Source: Camelus ferus (taxonomy: Eukaryota). From it: a DNA stretch of 64,000 nucleotides. The notes under the pieces were generated by a model. It was given only the letters and a program-made list of their open reading frames with translations, was not told the DNA's origin and made no database searches. The position numbers were made by a program, and so were the translations under genes. Of the stretch, positions 34,261 to 49,003 are shown piece after piece (position 1 is the first letter of the stretch; each line of letters begins with the position of its first letter). The DNA lies in NCBI RefSeq assembly GCF_009834535.1, contig NC_045708.1, forward strand, positions 51,584,001-51,648,000, read 5' to 3'.

Positions 34261-37200
34261 GGACCTTGTGGTGTTCAGTTAATCTATCAAATCACATTGG
34301 TTCTCCTGACTGTATTATCTAGTCTGGCCTCACTCAGACTGAATTTTCCTTTCCAAAAGGAAAAACAAAACATATTTTCTTTCTCTGTCGCACATGCACT
34401 TAAATTCACAACTGCACACAGAAACTAACTGTTGGAAGAGACTAAGGAATAATAAGCTACTTTCAGGCTAGTAAGTATTGCTTCATGGGAGTGGATAATT
34501 AGTGTATTTTTAAAAAAATTTTAGAAGTCTTTTGTGCACAATCTGTAAGATTTGATTTCATCAATTACCTATACAGACACAACCAAGTGCTGGCTTGATT
34601 TACATATTTGTTAAATGCAGGCCCTGAAATTTTCTGCCTGTACTATGGCTGCCAAAGGTCAACTTTATAAAGGTGAAAGTCATGGCTATTTATATTGTTT
34701 TCAATTGCATGAGAACAAGGCTTACTGGATGATTTTTTTAAAAATAATAAATATCAAACTGCCAGGCCTCACTGTTTAATCCCAGTGAGAATCAAGGATG
34801 AGATGGATAATTTTTTGAGAAAATCTTTAAGTTAATAAGCTGCACAAGACGTCATTGTCAACCAGTATCTGGATATAATTGGTCCCTGGATTTCTCTCTG
34901 CATTAGTCATGGCCTCATAGGACCTAAAGTAAAATCAGAGAGAGCAGAGACTGTATAGTGCACAGAAACTTGGAAAATTTTGTTAACTATTAAAAGTCAT
35001 AATATCCAAATCAAATCCGACCCAGAAAAAGAGATTTCAGCAAGTTCTTTGAGTTTCAATATCACGAACTTTCTCCACTGTCCTTCCATTGCTTATTTTT
35101 CCTATTACATCCAACAGACCAGAAGAGAAAACTCTATTATCTAGACAGTCTTCGTCTTTGACTGAAATCACATAGCCCGTTTTTTATATTCTAGCACCAA
35201 TTTCAGCTATGTGCCCTTGATGATTTTACATACTGTAAATCAAGAAAGCTGAGCTTCTCTCAAAGAACTATATGATATTTCAGAGAAGAAAGAAGTGATA
35301 AATAGGAGCAATATTTTAAGACAATTAGTTGGCATAACAGAAGACTAATCATTTATGACAATCACACATTGAGAAACTAATGCACATCTTGGTTAGAAAT
35401 ACAAAGAATTATGCCCTGCCTAATTGCTTAGTGTTATCAGGAAAAAGTATTAAAAAAACCCTGTAAATAAAGCAAAAGAATGTTTGCATATCTTTTCAAT
35501 GTCACACTGAAGCACTGTTTAACAGAATCACCTGATAGTTAATTTTTTTAGGATAATCTACCTTTGTTTGACATCACTGTTTATTATTTATTAAGAGTTA
35601 AGACTGAAGTTGCATGTGCACTTGGAAATTCTGTATGGTTGAGATGCAAATAATTTCTGTTTTAAAAAGTTAACCCTAAAGGTTAACTGTACATTTAACA
35701 TTTTTTTTAATCTAACCTAAAAACCCTTCCTAAAATTTCTTTATCAAATGTCATATAATTGTCTTATAAATGTCCAGTTCTTAAAATAACCTTGGACTAC
35801 TGTGACTATCAAACTGATCCTTCATCAATTAATGAGTTAAATAAATTTTGAGCACATGTTCATTCCACATTTGTATGAGGATCATGATTGTACCATTTGG
35901 AAATTACTCTTTGTTTAGTACATACCAATTCTACTTGAATTCTAGACATCTTTTGCAATTAATCTTAAATATTTACGTCAAGTACTTCCGCAAACTTAGC
36001 TCATTAATTCTCTGCAGTTGATGATATGGGAAGATTTTTTTTTAAAGGATCAAAAGAATATTCCTTCTGCAGGTATATTTTGTTTTAGTTTAATTAGGCA
36101 CTAATCTAGTCTGATTTCCTGGGCTTCCCGGTAGAGGAATACTCTTTTCAGAGCACGATGGCTGTAAGTAACTGACACTGTCCCAACAGGTTCAAACTGG
36201 ATATTCACTAATGTGGTTTCCAGGCTGCGTCTGTCCGCCAGCGTCCTGCTGGGCTTCTACCTAGGTGCTGTTTCAAATACTGTCCTTCCTGTTAACATTT
36301 CTTGCCTAAAGCAGGTCCTTCAATTTTACTTTCTGGACCCTTAGATCTCACTGCACAAACACCTTGCTGTTGCTGCCAGTCAATTAACTGGAGTGCTAAA
36401 GGAAACTCAAAAGATCATAACACAGTTGTTAGATTCTATTATATTTTGTAAATAGGAAAGATTCAATAGAAAACCAAACCGTTCAAGGAAATAAACAGCA
36501 GGTGAAGACAGGCTTCTTGTGTGAAAATGGCTTTAGAAATAGCAGATGTATTTATTTTCTACTTTTAAGATCAAAAAGTTTAAGTGTAGACATCAAAGGG
36601 TTAATTTTGTTACAGCAAAAGTTCCCAGGGGTCAAAGAAAACATGCTGCCAACCTAGTGCTGTGGGCGCTTGACGTGACCACTGTGCAGACTTCAAAGGG
36701 TAAAGAGGGTCTGAAGGATGGCAAACTTGTTCCAGTTGCAAGTTCTAAAAATGGTTCCTCAACCAGCATTTTAAAGCTGTGACAAACTTTGCAATACAGG
36801 TATGTTACCTGTGTGTTTTTATCTTCCTGCCACAAAGTAGATGCAGTTAGTAACAGACATTGCTTAGCATTTTTATTTTCCAGGAAAAATTCCTATTGTT
36901 CTTGTTTTCTTTTCAATGCTGTGCTACAGCCATTTATGGTAACAGTTAGCTAGCATGACACAGAATGACTGGATAAAAGCATTTTGACTTACTGGAGCAG
37001 TTAATTCTATGAAAGCCACTGCAAATTTGATGAAGCAAACTTGTTGAGGTTTGGTAGGAAAATCTGTGAGATAATTTTTGTTTGGTTACAAAATTTATTG
37101 GATCACTGTGGTTCAGGAAGCGAAAATAGGAACTATATGACAGCAAAATAATGAACTGAAATAGTTATAATTTATTTTTAATCAATCAAACCAATATTTT

Positions 37201-38712
37201 CTAGACCAAAGACATGACTAGCCAAGTGGAACTTTGTTTTTCGGGAATGTAATAAAACCATTGTATGTGTTGGTGTGTGTCTTCAAAATCCATGGGATGG
37301 AATTCCTGAGCTTATTCATGAAATCTGACTTCAGAGAATGCCAACATCTCTGAGGGAACTCAGCAGGAAATCCAGCATCTGCTGTAGCAACTGGAGAAAT
37401 CCCTTGGTTCCCAAACTGCCTCTGTCTTAATTTCCTGTCCTCCTTTTTGTTAGGTTATTTAACCTGCAATTTTATAATTAAAGTACAATGTTTTCAGCTC
37501 ACTGAAAATAACCTTATTCAACCTCTCTCTCACGTGGGTCTTGGAGCCCTGGTGGATTTGCAACATGTTACAGGAATGTCGCTCTCATTTTTTTTCTGTT
37601 TCTACATTCTACACAAAATTTTATAAATTAAATGCCTCATCTTACAGCATAAAAGGGGACACAGTGTGACTACTGATGTGATATTTAGGTCAAATGGCCT
37701 AGGTGTGATTCCTTGATCAAAAAAAGAAAATGCCAGTGAAGATATTTTGTGTGGCTTTCAACTAACGCTTTACAATGCCAATCCTGACAAAGAGGAAGCC
37801 AAAGGGCTCTTTTTTAATTCCAAAGACCATACAAGCAGAACAAAATGCACATTCTAGCTTAGCGTGACTTTGCATATCTTAATTTTGATTCATTGTGCAT
37901 TGATTTCTTGGCTTCATTCATACAGATCAATCTTACTTTCCTAATTTCGAGGGTCTTATGGAGAGCATCACAATGGCTTTCATCTGTTGACATCAGCGAA
38001 AACTCCATGTCTTTTCCTTTGAAATTTATTCCATTTCTTTTTTTTCTTAGCAAACCCTTCTCCATAAAGCAATCAGAAAATGTTTACCAGTTGTATCAAT
38101 CAGGATTCTTTCAAATATGAATTATAAAAATTTAATTCAAACTAGTTTGAGCAACAAGAAGAAACATAAATGAAATGTATACATTCTGATGGTGTGCATC
38201 CTGCTCTTTTTGAGCCCTGGGATCCGTGTATAATATTTCCCTTCTCCTTTAGGTTAAGGTGGACATGAGGAGGCACACACAGCATCAGGGAGCTCTCTCT
38301 CCATTCTTCAGTTCTGCTTCTCTCACAAGTAGGCTCTATTCTTATGATGACCCACCATAGCTTCAAACTTATATCACCCCCCAGCTTAGCAATCACGGTG
38401 CCACAGCATGCTTCCTTCCCAATAATTCTAGCAAAACTCCTAAATCTGATTATTTATTATAAGAAGACTGTGGGTTCCGTGTCCAAGTGTTGTACCAATG
38501 TTTAGAGGGTTTTCTGCTTTTAGCCAGACTTTCATTCTAGGTATCTCCTTAAGGCTGGAAGCACGTGGTAGAGGTGATTATACCATTACCACTTGGACTG
38601 AGAGAGTAGGGAAATGGGATATTCAAATAAAATTCTGTATTCAATTAACAGAAGGAAGCACAGAGATTGGCTATAAAAGCAACAAATTTAAAACATGATC
38701 ATCCTCTTGGAT

Positions 38713-38732
38713 CACACACACACACACACACA
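38713..38732. repeat. (CA)10 microsatellite
   Basis: Direct observation. Confidence 0.9.
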
Positions 38733-39839
38733 AATACAAATCTCATCTCATAACCACAATTTAAATAATGCTCATAAAAAATATAATGCAACTATTCTCC
38801 TGTAAGTAAAAATGTCCTCACTCTCTCCATAAGGAGATAAGAAAAGTCTCACCCAGTTTCTGAATCTGATTCCCAGTTCACGGTCACTGACTGATGTACA
38901 TTATACCCATAAGGCCCTGATGTGAGGTCCTATGTTCTGGAATCCCATAATCTATAAACCCTGAAGGATAACTGCCATTAAAAGTGCCTATTCAAAAAAA
39001 AAGAAAATTATATAGACTGTTATGCAAGGGTACTCTCCTTTTGCTGCCCTCAGCTAGTTGGTGAGCATTGGAGAATAAGACAACCGTCCTCGTGGTCAAA
39101 TGATCAAAGGTCTCCATTTTCCATCTTGAGGGGAAAGAAATCTCCCTTTAAAGGTTCAGGTAGAAGGGCAGGTCTTTAATTAACAATAATGGGTTAATTT
39201 GCCTTGCTTTGAAACAAGCCTTTGATTCAGAAGAGTTGTAGGAGCTGGAAACAATATTTTAAAGTAAAATCTATTTCCAGTTATCAAACAGCTACCAAGA
39301 CACAAGTCTTGTGAGGTGAAGATCTCAGAATAAAAGAAGATTCAGAGAGGTGATTTAAGGTCCAGACTGCATTTCCCTGCCAGACATTAGCCGATTCATA
39401 GGCAGCTGCTGAGAGGCCGAGAAAGCAGGGCTGTGAAGGTGAGAAACCAAGCAGAGATTTCAGTAGTTTCACATGCTGAGGGAACAAACTTTGGTGAGAG
39501 TTCTGTTTCTTGGAGAATTTAAAAATATGAGGGGTGGATAATTAAAATCGCTCTCAGTAATTATCGGTGCCAGATATCAACAGCTATCATGCTGCAGTGT
39601 TCACACTGCACTGGCTTTAACTTCTTTTCTCTCTTGTTGTTGAAGTTAAATTTTGATGGAACCTGCGGGTCGTAAGTTGCTTGTCAATCTTTGGGTCTCT
39701 GAAGGAAAGGGCCAAGAATTTTCACTGTGTACATGAATGTAGTATTTTTTGGTTTTGATTCTTGAAAATATTTTGCTGCTATGCCTCCATTCACTCATTC
39801 AGTATTTACTGACGGCAAAGCAGAGGAGTTAAGAGCACA

Positions 39840-40100
39840 GATACAGAGCAGACCGCTGAGCGGAATCCCTGCTGTGTCACGTGTTAGCTTTGCAAGCTTG
39901 GGCAAGTTAATTTGCCTGTCTGAGTTTGCTTTCATATCTTTAAAGTGGGGATGAAATAGTACTAATGTTATAGGAGTTTCTTTGAGGAATAATTGAATTA
40001 AAATATACAAATAATTAAGAATAGTGCTTATCAACTAGTGAGGACTATATAAACACTTACCATCATCTTCATCATCGTCATCATCATCATCATCTCATCA
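39840..40100 (+). mobile_element. MIR SINE with a (CAT)n tail
   Basis: gcttgggcaagttaatttgcctgtctgagtttgc...taaagtggggatgaaatag followed by catcatcatc units. Confidence 0.7.
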
Positions 40101-41829
40101 TCTTCTTTTTTCTCCAATCTAAGACTTTCTTTGAAGCCAGAAAAACAGACTTTTGTCATTTGAGGCTAACCACTTTATTTTGTGCAGGCATATGTTCCCT
40201 TCCCAGGAGCTTCCTTGGTGAGTGTTTATACATCGGTCAGTTAGTTCTGGCCATAGTGCATTGAGGTAGTAGACATGGGAACTTGGTCACGATGTGAGAA
40301 ACAAGACAGTCGAGCAGATTTGGCTGTTAAGTATACTGTGTGCTATTTTTCACCAAGAGAACCTCTGTCCATTAATGACCAAGAATTTCTGATTCTACTC
40401 TTTTTTTACTTCCACTTTGAACTTGTCATAATTATATTCAAGGTAGCAGAACTGCTTCTGAGTTGTTCTGGCTACAATTTTTAGGGACACTAATCAGCTC
40501 AGGTCCATCCAAAAGATTGGCAGAGACCCAGAGAGATTTGTATGCTGTAGTGGGAAGATAAAGGTTTATTAATTCTTCTGAAATACAAAGCCAAAACAGT
40601 CTTGAAATAGGTAGACAGCTATGCCTACTGACACAGTGTTAATATTTTGATGTTACTGAATGCTTTTGAGGTGTTTTTTTCTTCACTAATTTTGAGTGCT
40701 ATCAAAGTCAAAACCATTTCTACATTTGTGATGATTCAGTGAAAAAAAATTTTTTTTTTCTGATTTGAATCGCAAAATCTCTTTACAACTCAAAATGATG
40801 AGTGACTGATCGTGCGCTCTTATCCATGGAATGTCAATGGCATGAAAATCCAAATCTCATCCTTTTATACTTAACAGCATTTAATCCTGATTATGTCAAG
40901 CTCCTAGACAACTACTTGCCAAGTGAAGAACTGGGAAAAATTTGAAACCAGTGGATTGGACAAGTATTATTCCTTTATTGCAATTCACGAATTTCAGGGG
41001 TCATTATCTTAATCAATCTAGAGATACTTTATCATATCCATAAGTGATTAATAACCACTAAAGCGGTTTAATGCTGATTTTAGTGAAGTTAGATTATAAA
41101 AGAGAGAATATTTGACTTTTAAGTTTTTAAAAATTACTGTGTCACAGAGTTTGGAATATGGTGTCAATTTGGACATGTAGTCTTAAATGAATTGATGAGT
41201 CAAATTTCTCAATACTAAAGATCAAGACTCTAGAGTTAATACAATGCAACAAAATTCATTTTAAGTGCTAATACAGAAGGAAGCACATTGTATTATAACT
41301 ATGTACAGCTACATACAACACATTGTTTATAACACATAACAATACAATGTACTGCAAAATATTGTGTTATAACTTGTATAAAGCCTTTACAGCAGGGCCA
41401 TACAAGTCATTTCTCTATTTAAGTTGCCTAGTCCAAGGTCTTAATAATTTAGAAAGTATTTGTAAATGCTTTTGAAGAAACATATGAATTGATAAGTGTA
41501 AAGGAATTCTACAATATTCACATTTTTAATAGATGAAGCTTCTGGCAATGAAATGAACATCAATGTTTTTAGCACACCAATAATCCACGTAATGCTTTGT
41601 TTATAGCTGTGTTATCATTTATTATGAATAATCAACTCACAGTTAGTTTCATAAAGTGCCTAATGTCTACCAATAACCAGCCATCTAAGAGTTTAGGCCT
41701 GTGATGCTTTTCAAAGTAATGGTTTATTTTAAAATTTCTGTCCTCTTTGGAGCTCTTAATGCATCTGTCAGAGGGAAAACATGTTTATATTTACTTTTTA
41801 AAGTTTGGGATATTATTTTCTTGAAATTA

Positions 41830-42400
41830 AAATCCTTATTATTTTTATAATTTGAATTTTACATATTTGTAAATTTACACACCCAAAACTTATAGTCATA
41901 ATTTATTTCAATAAATTTTATATATATTTTTATAAATATACATTTAACAAAATTTCAATTCCAAAAACTTTGAAAAATACAGAAAAGCACAAAGAAAAAA
42001 ATAATCTACAATTCTACTAATTAAAAGCCCCCATTATAAGTATTTTGTTGTATATACAATTTGTATGTAAATCTTAATACATGTTTACATATACAATATG
42101 ATGATGCAAATACTGTTTTATAGCCATGTAATTTTCTACTGACCATTTTACTCAGCAATACACTTCGATAACATTTTTTCAGTGCATACATTATTATACC
42201 ATGATTTAGTAAATTAATTTTCCATTGTTGGACATTTAGGTTGTTGCCAAGTGTTTAGCATTTTTAAGTATACTGTTCTGAACTTCCTTATATCTATTTT
42301 TGCACAAATATCCAGAAATTTTCTTTTTGGTAGAAATAACCATAAGTGAACTGTTGTTTCAAAGGGTGTGTATGTATTTTGACCATACCCAACCTAAAAG
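41830..42400 (-). mobile_element. Old L1 (L1ME-like) 3' fragment
   Basis: ttccattgttggacatttaggttgttgcc...aaccataagtgaactgttg. Confidence 0.65.
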
Positions 42401-42589
42401 ATTATATTTTAGCTGTCATTGTCTTCTTCCAATCTGATGATAAAAAATATGTCTTCCACTGATTTTTTAAAAAATCATTATAAATTGAATAAGGAATCTT
42501 TCTTATTCACAAAATTTTATAGTCTCTTATGAGTTATAATAAGCTCCTCTGATGTAAAACAATGTCAGTGGCATAAAAATAATTGATTA

Positions 42590-42860
42590 TGGTAACATTT
42601 AGCACTGAACGAGTGCTTAATAAGTGCTTGGAAATTTCCTTAGAAAAGCATGCTGTTTAGTACTAACTCACTTAAACCTTGCAACTCCTAAGAGGTCAGT
42701 ACTATTAATGTCTCCATTTCAAAACTGAGAAAACTGAGGCACAAAGAGGGTAAGTAATATGTCCATGGTAGTGCAGCTGGTGAGTGACAGAACTGGGATA
42801 CACAGCCAAGTCCTTTGATTCCAGGGCCCACAGCATTAACCACCATGTCACACTGCCTCT
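42590..42860 (-). mobile_element. MIR SINE
   Basis: ccatttcaaaactgagaaaactgaggcacaaagagggtaagtaat. Confidence 0.8.
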
Positions 42861-43529
42861 GGGACAGCCATCACCGTGTGGAAAATCTCCCTATTTGCTG
42901 ATCTTTGATGGATACTTGGCATTCCCTAACATGCATTCAGATGACTCCATCAAACTCTGTCCAATATTTAGAAAATGCTTGCTGACTTTAGATTTAAAAA
43001 TGTTCAGGTAGAAATAACAGCCATGTGTGGCTCCAACTTGATACATAGACTGGTTTTGTGTATACTGTGTTTATAATATGGAAAATTGCACATTTTTCTC
43101 CTGGTGGGATGGGGTATCAGGTATGATATTTAAAAAAAAAAAAATTGTAGTCTGACTTTTACCTCAGCAAAGGCATTCTATTCTTCCTATTAAACTTAAT
43201 CAGTATGCTTATTGCTGGTGCCAAGCAGAGCCCTTGAGCTCTCTGTCATGTGAAATCTCTGGCTTTGCAAAGGGCAGGGGAGGCTTAAAAATTACTTCTG
43301 AAAAGGTAACTAAGCTGCTCTTTCCGGTTATGCCTATTAGGCTAAACCGTAAAAGAAATGAGATTGTCCCATTCTCTCTTACTACCTGAGACCTTGATTT
43401 ATTAATTATTCTCATTCTCTTAAATAGTTTATTTTTCCCTGTCTGCTATTCCCTGCCCTTAAGTCAAACACCATGGACTTTGAAACTCTGAGGCTAGACA
43501 CCACCAGTTAAGAACACTGAAAGGAGTTA

Positions 43530-43770
43530 GAATAATAACATGGTTTTATGTTGATTATTTTATAATCAATCTTTGTAATTATCTTATAAGCAATCAATCT
43601 AAAATTCTATTAGCCCCATTTTACAGATGGGAAAGTAGAGGCATAAAGACAGTGTGTAAATTACTTCAGGACACATAGCTAGAAGGTGGCAGTTCATAGA
43701 CTTGAATGAACCTAAGTCCTCAGACTCCAGAGCCCTTGTTCATAATCACTATTACTTGATCCTCTGTAGC
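43530..43770 (-). mobile_element. MIR SINE
   Basis: ccccattttacagatgggaaagtagaggc...gactccagagccc. Confidence 0.75.
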
Positions 43771-44829
43771 ATGCAGGTAATAACCACTATCTCACAGAGT
43801 TACTGTGAAAATTAATAGAAAGCGTCACAGTGTCTTGAACATGATGTACAAATAACACATGATTGGATTGTTGTTGATGATGCTCTCGTTGTTACCACCA
43901 CATTAAAAATATACCTTTTACTCGTGTGAAATATTAAATACACTGAAATAATATATGTATTATGAATAATAACAAAACAAATACCTACTACTACCCATTT
44001 TAAGAAATAAAATATGGCCACTGCCTTTGAAGACACTACACAATCATGTTCCTTTGCCTACCACCCTAGAAGAACTACGAATTTTTAGGTTATTATTCTC
44101 TCTCTCTCATTTAAAAGCATGTTGTCATTTAATCACTATCTACGTTTTTGTCCCAGGATGGCTTTTTAATTATCTAGTCCATAATACTGCTTGAAGAAAA
44201 TGTCCCTTGTTTCGTTTTCACCTCTGAATTTCTTGAATGGGTATTCTGTACTCTTACCTCTTTTCCTCAGCCGAGTGTATTCATCTAGGCACGGCTCTTA
44301 TAGATGCAGGCACGTGAGGACTAACGTGGAAGAGCAAGAAGCTAGAACTCTGGCTGTAATACCAGCAGTGTATGGAGGGCATGGAGAACTGGGACAGAAG
44401 AGATCCTGATGCCCCCCGATGGTGTCGCCAGTTTCAAAGACTGCCTTTAAGTTGTGGTGATATTTACACGTAGGCACAGAGGACTGCAGACCAGAAGGTC
44501 TGTTCAGTGAGACCAGGGTTCTAATCAGGTACTGGGATTTTTGAAACTGGTCTGGTTTCAGAAGCAGAATGCTCACTGGAGCCTTACTGAGTATACAGAC
44601 CCTGACAGGCTCCGTCAAGGTAGAATTTCTGTCTCTCCAGGATGTGGAGACCAATGGCTAGTCTTATACCCAGAGCTCATCTAAGATTCACTGAACAATG
44701 TGAGGGAAATAGGATTCATTCCAGATCCCACATGCCAATGAAAATGTGGCCCCTATATCACTACCAAGTTTTTCTAGATTGTCTAGATTTTCTCAGCAAT
44801 TGTCTGTCCTGGACCAAGCTTGAAGCTCG

Positions 44830-45440
44830 AATGTTTCCAGAGTCTGGTGCCAACTAGAGCTGGTAAAGGAAGCAACGCATATTCCTGTTTCCTTGTTCAG
44901 TTTCTACTCCTCTCAGCCCCTTGGCAACGTTTACCTGTGTCACACCACCAAATTCTGCTGAACTGTCTTGGTTCTTTGGCTCACTCTTCTTTACTTCTTT
45001 CAAGTATTTGAGAGTGCCAACTACTTTTTCTTTCTAAATCTCTCTTTTCCCTTTTCTCCCTTAAAACATATATGTCCTCTTTCTGTTATCCCTCTGTATC
45101 TTTCTTTTTGGTCTCATTTGCTGGTTGCCATTGATTTTCTTTTCTGTAAATATAATTCTGAATGGATCTGTCTCCGTATTTCTTTCCTTCTAATTTCTAT
45201 ATCCTCTTCTTTGACCATCTGCCCGTTCCTATAGTTTCAAACTATTGTCTAACCTCTCTTTTGAATTTTTATTCTTTATCTCCAACTTGCCATAGGTAGC
45301 CCTACATGAATATCCTACATCAATTCCATCTCAGTATATCTAAAACTGACCTCATTATCTATCCCTCCAAAACTTGCTCTTTTCACATGTTCCCAATCTT
45401 CATAATGGCACCTACATAATCCCCAACACCAAGGCTCAAA
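44830..45440 (+). mobile_element. L2 fragment
   Basis: CT-rich L2 blocks (catcaattccatctcagtatatctaaaactgacctcattatc). Confidence 0.6.
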
Positions 45441-45447
45441 ATCAGTG

Positions 45448-46226
45448 CAGTAGTTCTCAAAAGGAAGGATACTCACCTAAGGGGGCATTTTGGACATTTA
45501 AGTGGCCTTTTGAGTTGTGACTGTTATAAGAATTGAGGGTTAGCAGTACCATTCCTTGTGTAGGGGCTAGAGATGCTACACATTCTATAGATCGGGCTGC
45601 CCATGTCCCCCCAAAATTGTTTCACACCTTAAATGAATTTTAAATGTCCCACCAGACATTCAGATAGCTAAAAAAAAGCTTTTTTTGAAATTCCTTCAGC
45701 CTTGAGTCCAACTCTATTTTACATTAGCATGAAGTATTTTTGGCAGTTTCAGTATGTAATGAATTTCCAGAAATCCATGTAAATTGTCTTTTTTCCTGAG
45801 TAGTGCCAAGAGGTTTTCATCATTAGAGAAAATTATATTACTGTTGGCAACACAGCTCACAGTGTTTGAGTCACCAATACACAACCACTCCGTAAGTCTG
45901 CATTTGCAGCTGTTGTAGTCATTGTGATTATTCATGTGGTGCAAACATCTATAGAGTCACTTCATTCATTCATTCATTCATTAATTCAAAGCATAGCAAT
46001 TTCCTTATGTCTTTCCAAGGTGATTGTGCTGTGGTTTATATACTGAAGTATATATTGCTAAAATTATTTTTCTTTAATTTCTCTTTTTACATTCACATTT
46101 AAATGATTATACTGATTTTGCTTAACAAACGGATGCAGATAATTTTTAGGTATCTAGAAATGTGATTTCAGGATAAAGAAAGGGGAGTTACTAGTGCTAT
46201 TTTTCTATATGTGGAATTGGGAACTG
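45448..46226 (+). mobile_element. MER20B-like hAT-Charlie element
   Basis: cagtagttctcaa...ggggcattttggacatt...gtgtttgagtcaccaatacac...gtctgcatttgcagctg. Contains an internal (TTCA)n tract. Confidence 0.75.
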
Positions 46227-48030
46227 TTGACTTAGAGTTATTCTCTAAATCCTTCCTGTCCTTCGCTACTAACATAAACATATTTGCTAAATTCTATAAA
46301 TTTTATTTTCATGAATATTCTTAAATATATTTCACTTATTACCACTGACTGTGTCTCAATTTATACAGTCTTAATCTGAATGCTCAAAGGACTTCTTAAT
46401 TTTCTTCCTTTGGAAGATGTTATGCAAATAGTTTTTAACATATTGTATAAGTCAGACTGACTTAAATTCATATTTTAGCTTTTCACTTATTAGTTATATC
46501 TAATTTTTATATTAAAAATAATAATTCCTGCCCACAATAATGATGTTGTTAGAAATCAATAGAGCAATATGCAATATGTATAATGCATAATAACAAACAT
46601 TCATTTAATGTTAGTTTTCTCTTTGTTTATATATTATGATGGTCATAACACTCTAAATTGTATGTTTTCTTGATCGCAGTATTAAATGTTGTTGTCAGGC
46701 CACGTGACATGATGTTAGGCTTAGAAAGTAGTTAACATTATCTCAATCTATCGTCCCATGAGTGCACTGAAGGCTCAGGTGTATATGTAGCCACAGAACA
46801 AGTAATTGAGAACTCCTTTAGTAACAGGTATTAAATGACCTCAGGAGATAAATTCTCATTACTTCTTCAATAACATTGCAGATACATTTGATGTTGGGTA
46901 CAGACCAAATTTTCTTTCCCATCTAAACTGCCATTTCTACTGAATGTCAGGAACTAACTTATTTTCAGCTTACTTTTTTTTTTTATGAACTGTATTTCCA
47001 TTCCATTTCTGTTCACCTCAAATGGAAATATGAAGTACTTATCAGGATGCAGGACTTTTCATGCCTCTTTATAAATGAAACAGTTCTGAAAATTAATGTG
47101 GTACCCTAAGTTGACAGCAGTCATTTGAATGCTGGCATGGATGCTACATAAAGGAATGGGGAACATAAGTCACTTTTATTATTATCATCATTTGTAAAGC
47201 CCATTTCAGGAGATTGCTTATTTCCTCCAGTTTGGACTTCCTTATTTTAAATATTCATCTGTAAAATAAGTTGTCAGAAGGTTAATTTAAAACTGCAGCT
47301 CTGGTCAGTTTTCTGAGATGACTTTCTTAAATGTTAATAGATTAGCTCCTTTATGTCAGGAATATTCCCAAAAGGAGATCAGAAACAACTATAGGAAAAA
47401 AAAGGAGTGAGTCAGTTTTGAGGCATTAAGGACAGTGAGAAAACTTGCCTTTAGCTAATTTTAAAGAACTGGGTGTACACACAGAAGATACAGACAGCAA
47501 GCCCAGAGGGTTTTGAGCCAGCAAGGTAAATGTATGAGTTTGTTGATGGAGTATCATTTGTAGGTAGAGAGAGGAAATTCATTTCAAAGAAACAGACTCT
47601 ACATGCAATTTTGAAAAATAGAAACAAAAATATTAGGTGGATTCAAGAGCATGAAAATGTGGAAGGAGGGTATGAACATGTAGGTACAAAAAGATAGTAT
47701 CAGATTGAAAGAGAGAGACTGAAAAATAAAAATAAAACAAGGAAAGAATATGGGCTTAATGTGGAATACATGTATCAAATTATAAATACTTTAATAAAAA
47801 CATTGTCAGATAAGACATAATCAAAATCCAGGATGAATATGCCAAATTTAAGAAAACTGGCTGGCTTCTATAAAGTAATTATCAAATAGAACTTGCAGCT
47901 TTTTGTATAACTTTATGTTTGAGGCATCTGTTTTATAAAATATCACCTAATTGTCACACGGCCAGCCATTAAATCAACAATTTTCTTCTATTGTTAATAA
48001 CAGAAAACAATCAAGTTTGAAATCATTTGG

Positions 48031-48123
48031 CTTTTTTTTTTTTTAAATGAAGATGCTGGGGATAGAACCCAAGACCTCATGTATGCCAAGCATGCTCTAT
48101 CCCTCTGAGCTATACCCACCCCG
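48031..48123 (-). mobile_element. tRNA-Ala-derived SINE (camelid Vic-1-like), short form
   Basis: Perfect 13-bp TSD tgaaatcatttgg (48018-48030 and 48124-48136), poly(A) tail and tRNA-Ala-like body. Confidence 0.9.
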
Positions 48124-49003
48124 TGAAATCATTTGGATTTTCTAATTAACCATTGTTTTAATAGCTAGGGTAGCACACTTTGTGTGTGCTGCTAGCCTAG
48201 ACTCTCTGATCTCTTCCTGTAGGCATTCTTCTGACCATGGGCGATAGATTACCAGCAAACACCAGAGGTGGGTGGAGGTGGACCCAAAGTAGAGCACAGT
48301 GGGGAAGATGGAGACTGGACCTTGAGGCTGTAGAAATATTTGAAATGTATATGATGGAGGACCAGACAAAAAAGTTAGCTGTGGAAGAAAGCAGCTCCAG
48401 AAGTCAGAAGAGAGCACCGTGCAACCTACTGACAAGGACTGTATTGCACGTAACAGGGCAGAATTCCCAGTGTCTAGCAGAGAGCAAGCACTGAGGGTCC
48501 AAGAGTTGATGAGATACTAGGGGTCACCCAGTGCTGGAAGACAGTGGGGTTCTAGGCTTAGCCAGTGAGCATGCACCTGGTGACCCAGGGCATCTCAGAC
48601 ATTCAGGATGTGGGAAGGAGTAAGGATCCAATCCTAGAGTGAGGGCCATATCATAGGACTAAAGCACAAAACTGAAAAGGTTTTCTTCCTAAAAAATAAT
48701 AAATTTAAACTTGGTGGGATCAAAGGTATCTGCCAGCAACTTGATTATCTGCCATATCAATTAAAGGAGGACACCATAGTCTAGACTTTCTATGACATTT
48801 CATTCAAGTCATCCACAAGAATTCTATATCTAGTGAAAATATTCCTAAAATAAGAGTGAAATAAAATAAGAGTGAAATAAGAAACACGTTCAGATAAACA
48901 AAAGCTGAGGGACTCAGCAAACCAACACTACAAGAAATGCTAAAAATATTTTTTCAAGCTAAAGGGAAATTATAATAGATGGAAACTTGGATCTCTGAGC
49001 AGT

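Noticed and set aside
36616-36699. 84-nt symmetric exon-like segment
   Set aside because: Moderate splice sites only, unrecognised peptide and no partner exons.
39593-39610. 8-bp perfect inverted repeat tgcagtgt-tc-acactgca
   Set aside because: Expected by chance in 64 kb.
41286-41349. Imperfect AT-rich inverted repeat (possible hairpin)
   Set aside because: Only about 9-10 bp of clean pairing in AT-rich sequence; not pre-miRNA-like.
48846-48877. 16-bp perfect tandem duplication
   Set aside because: Ordinary slippage inside a dead L1.
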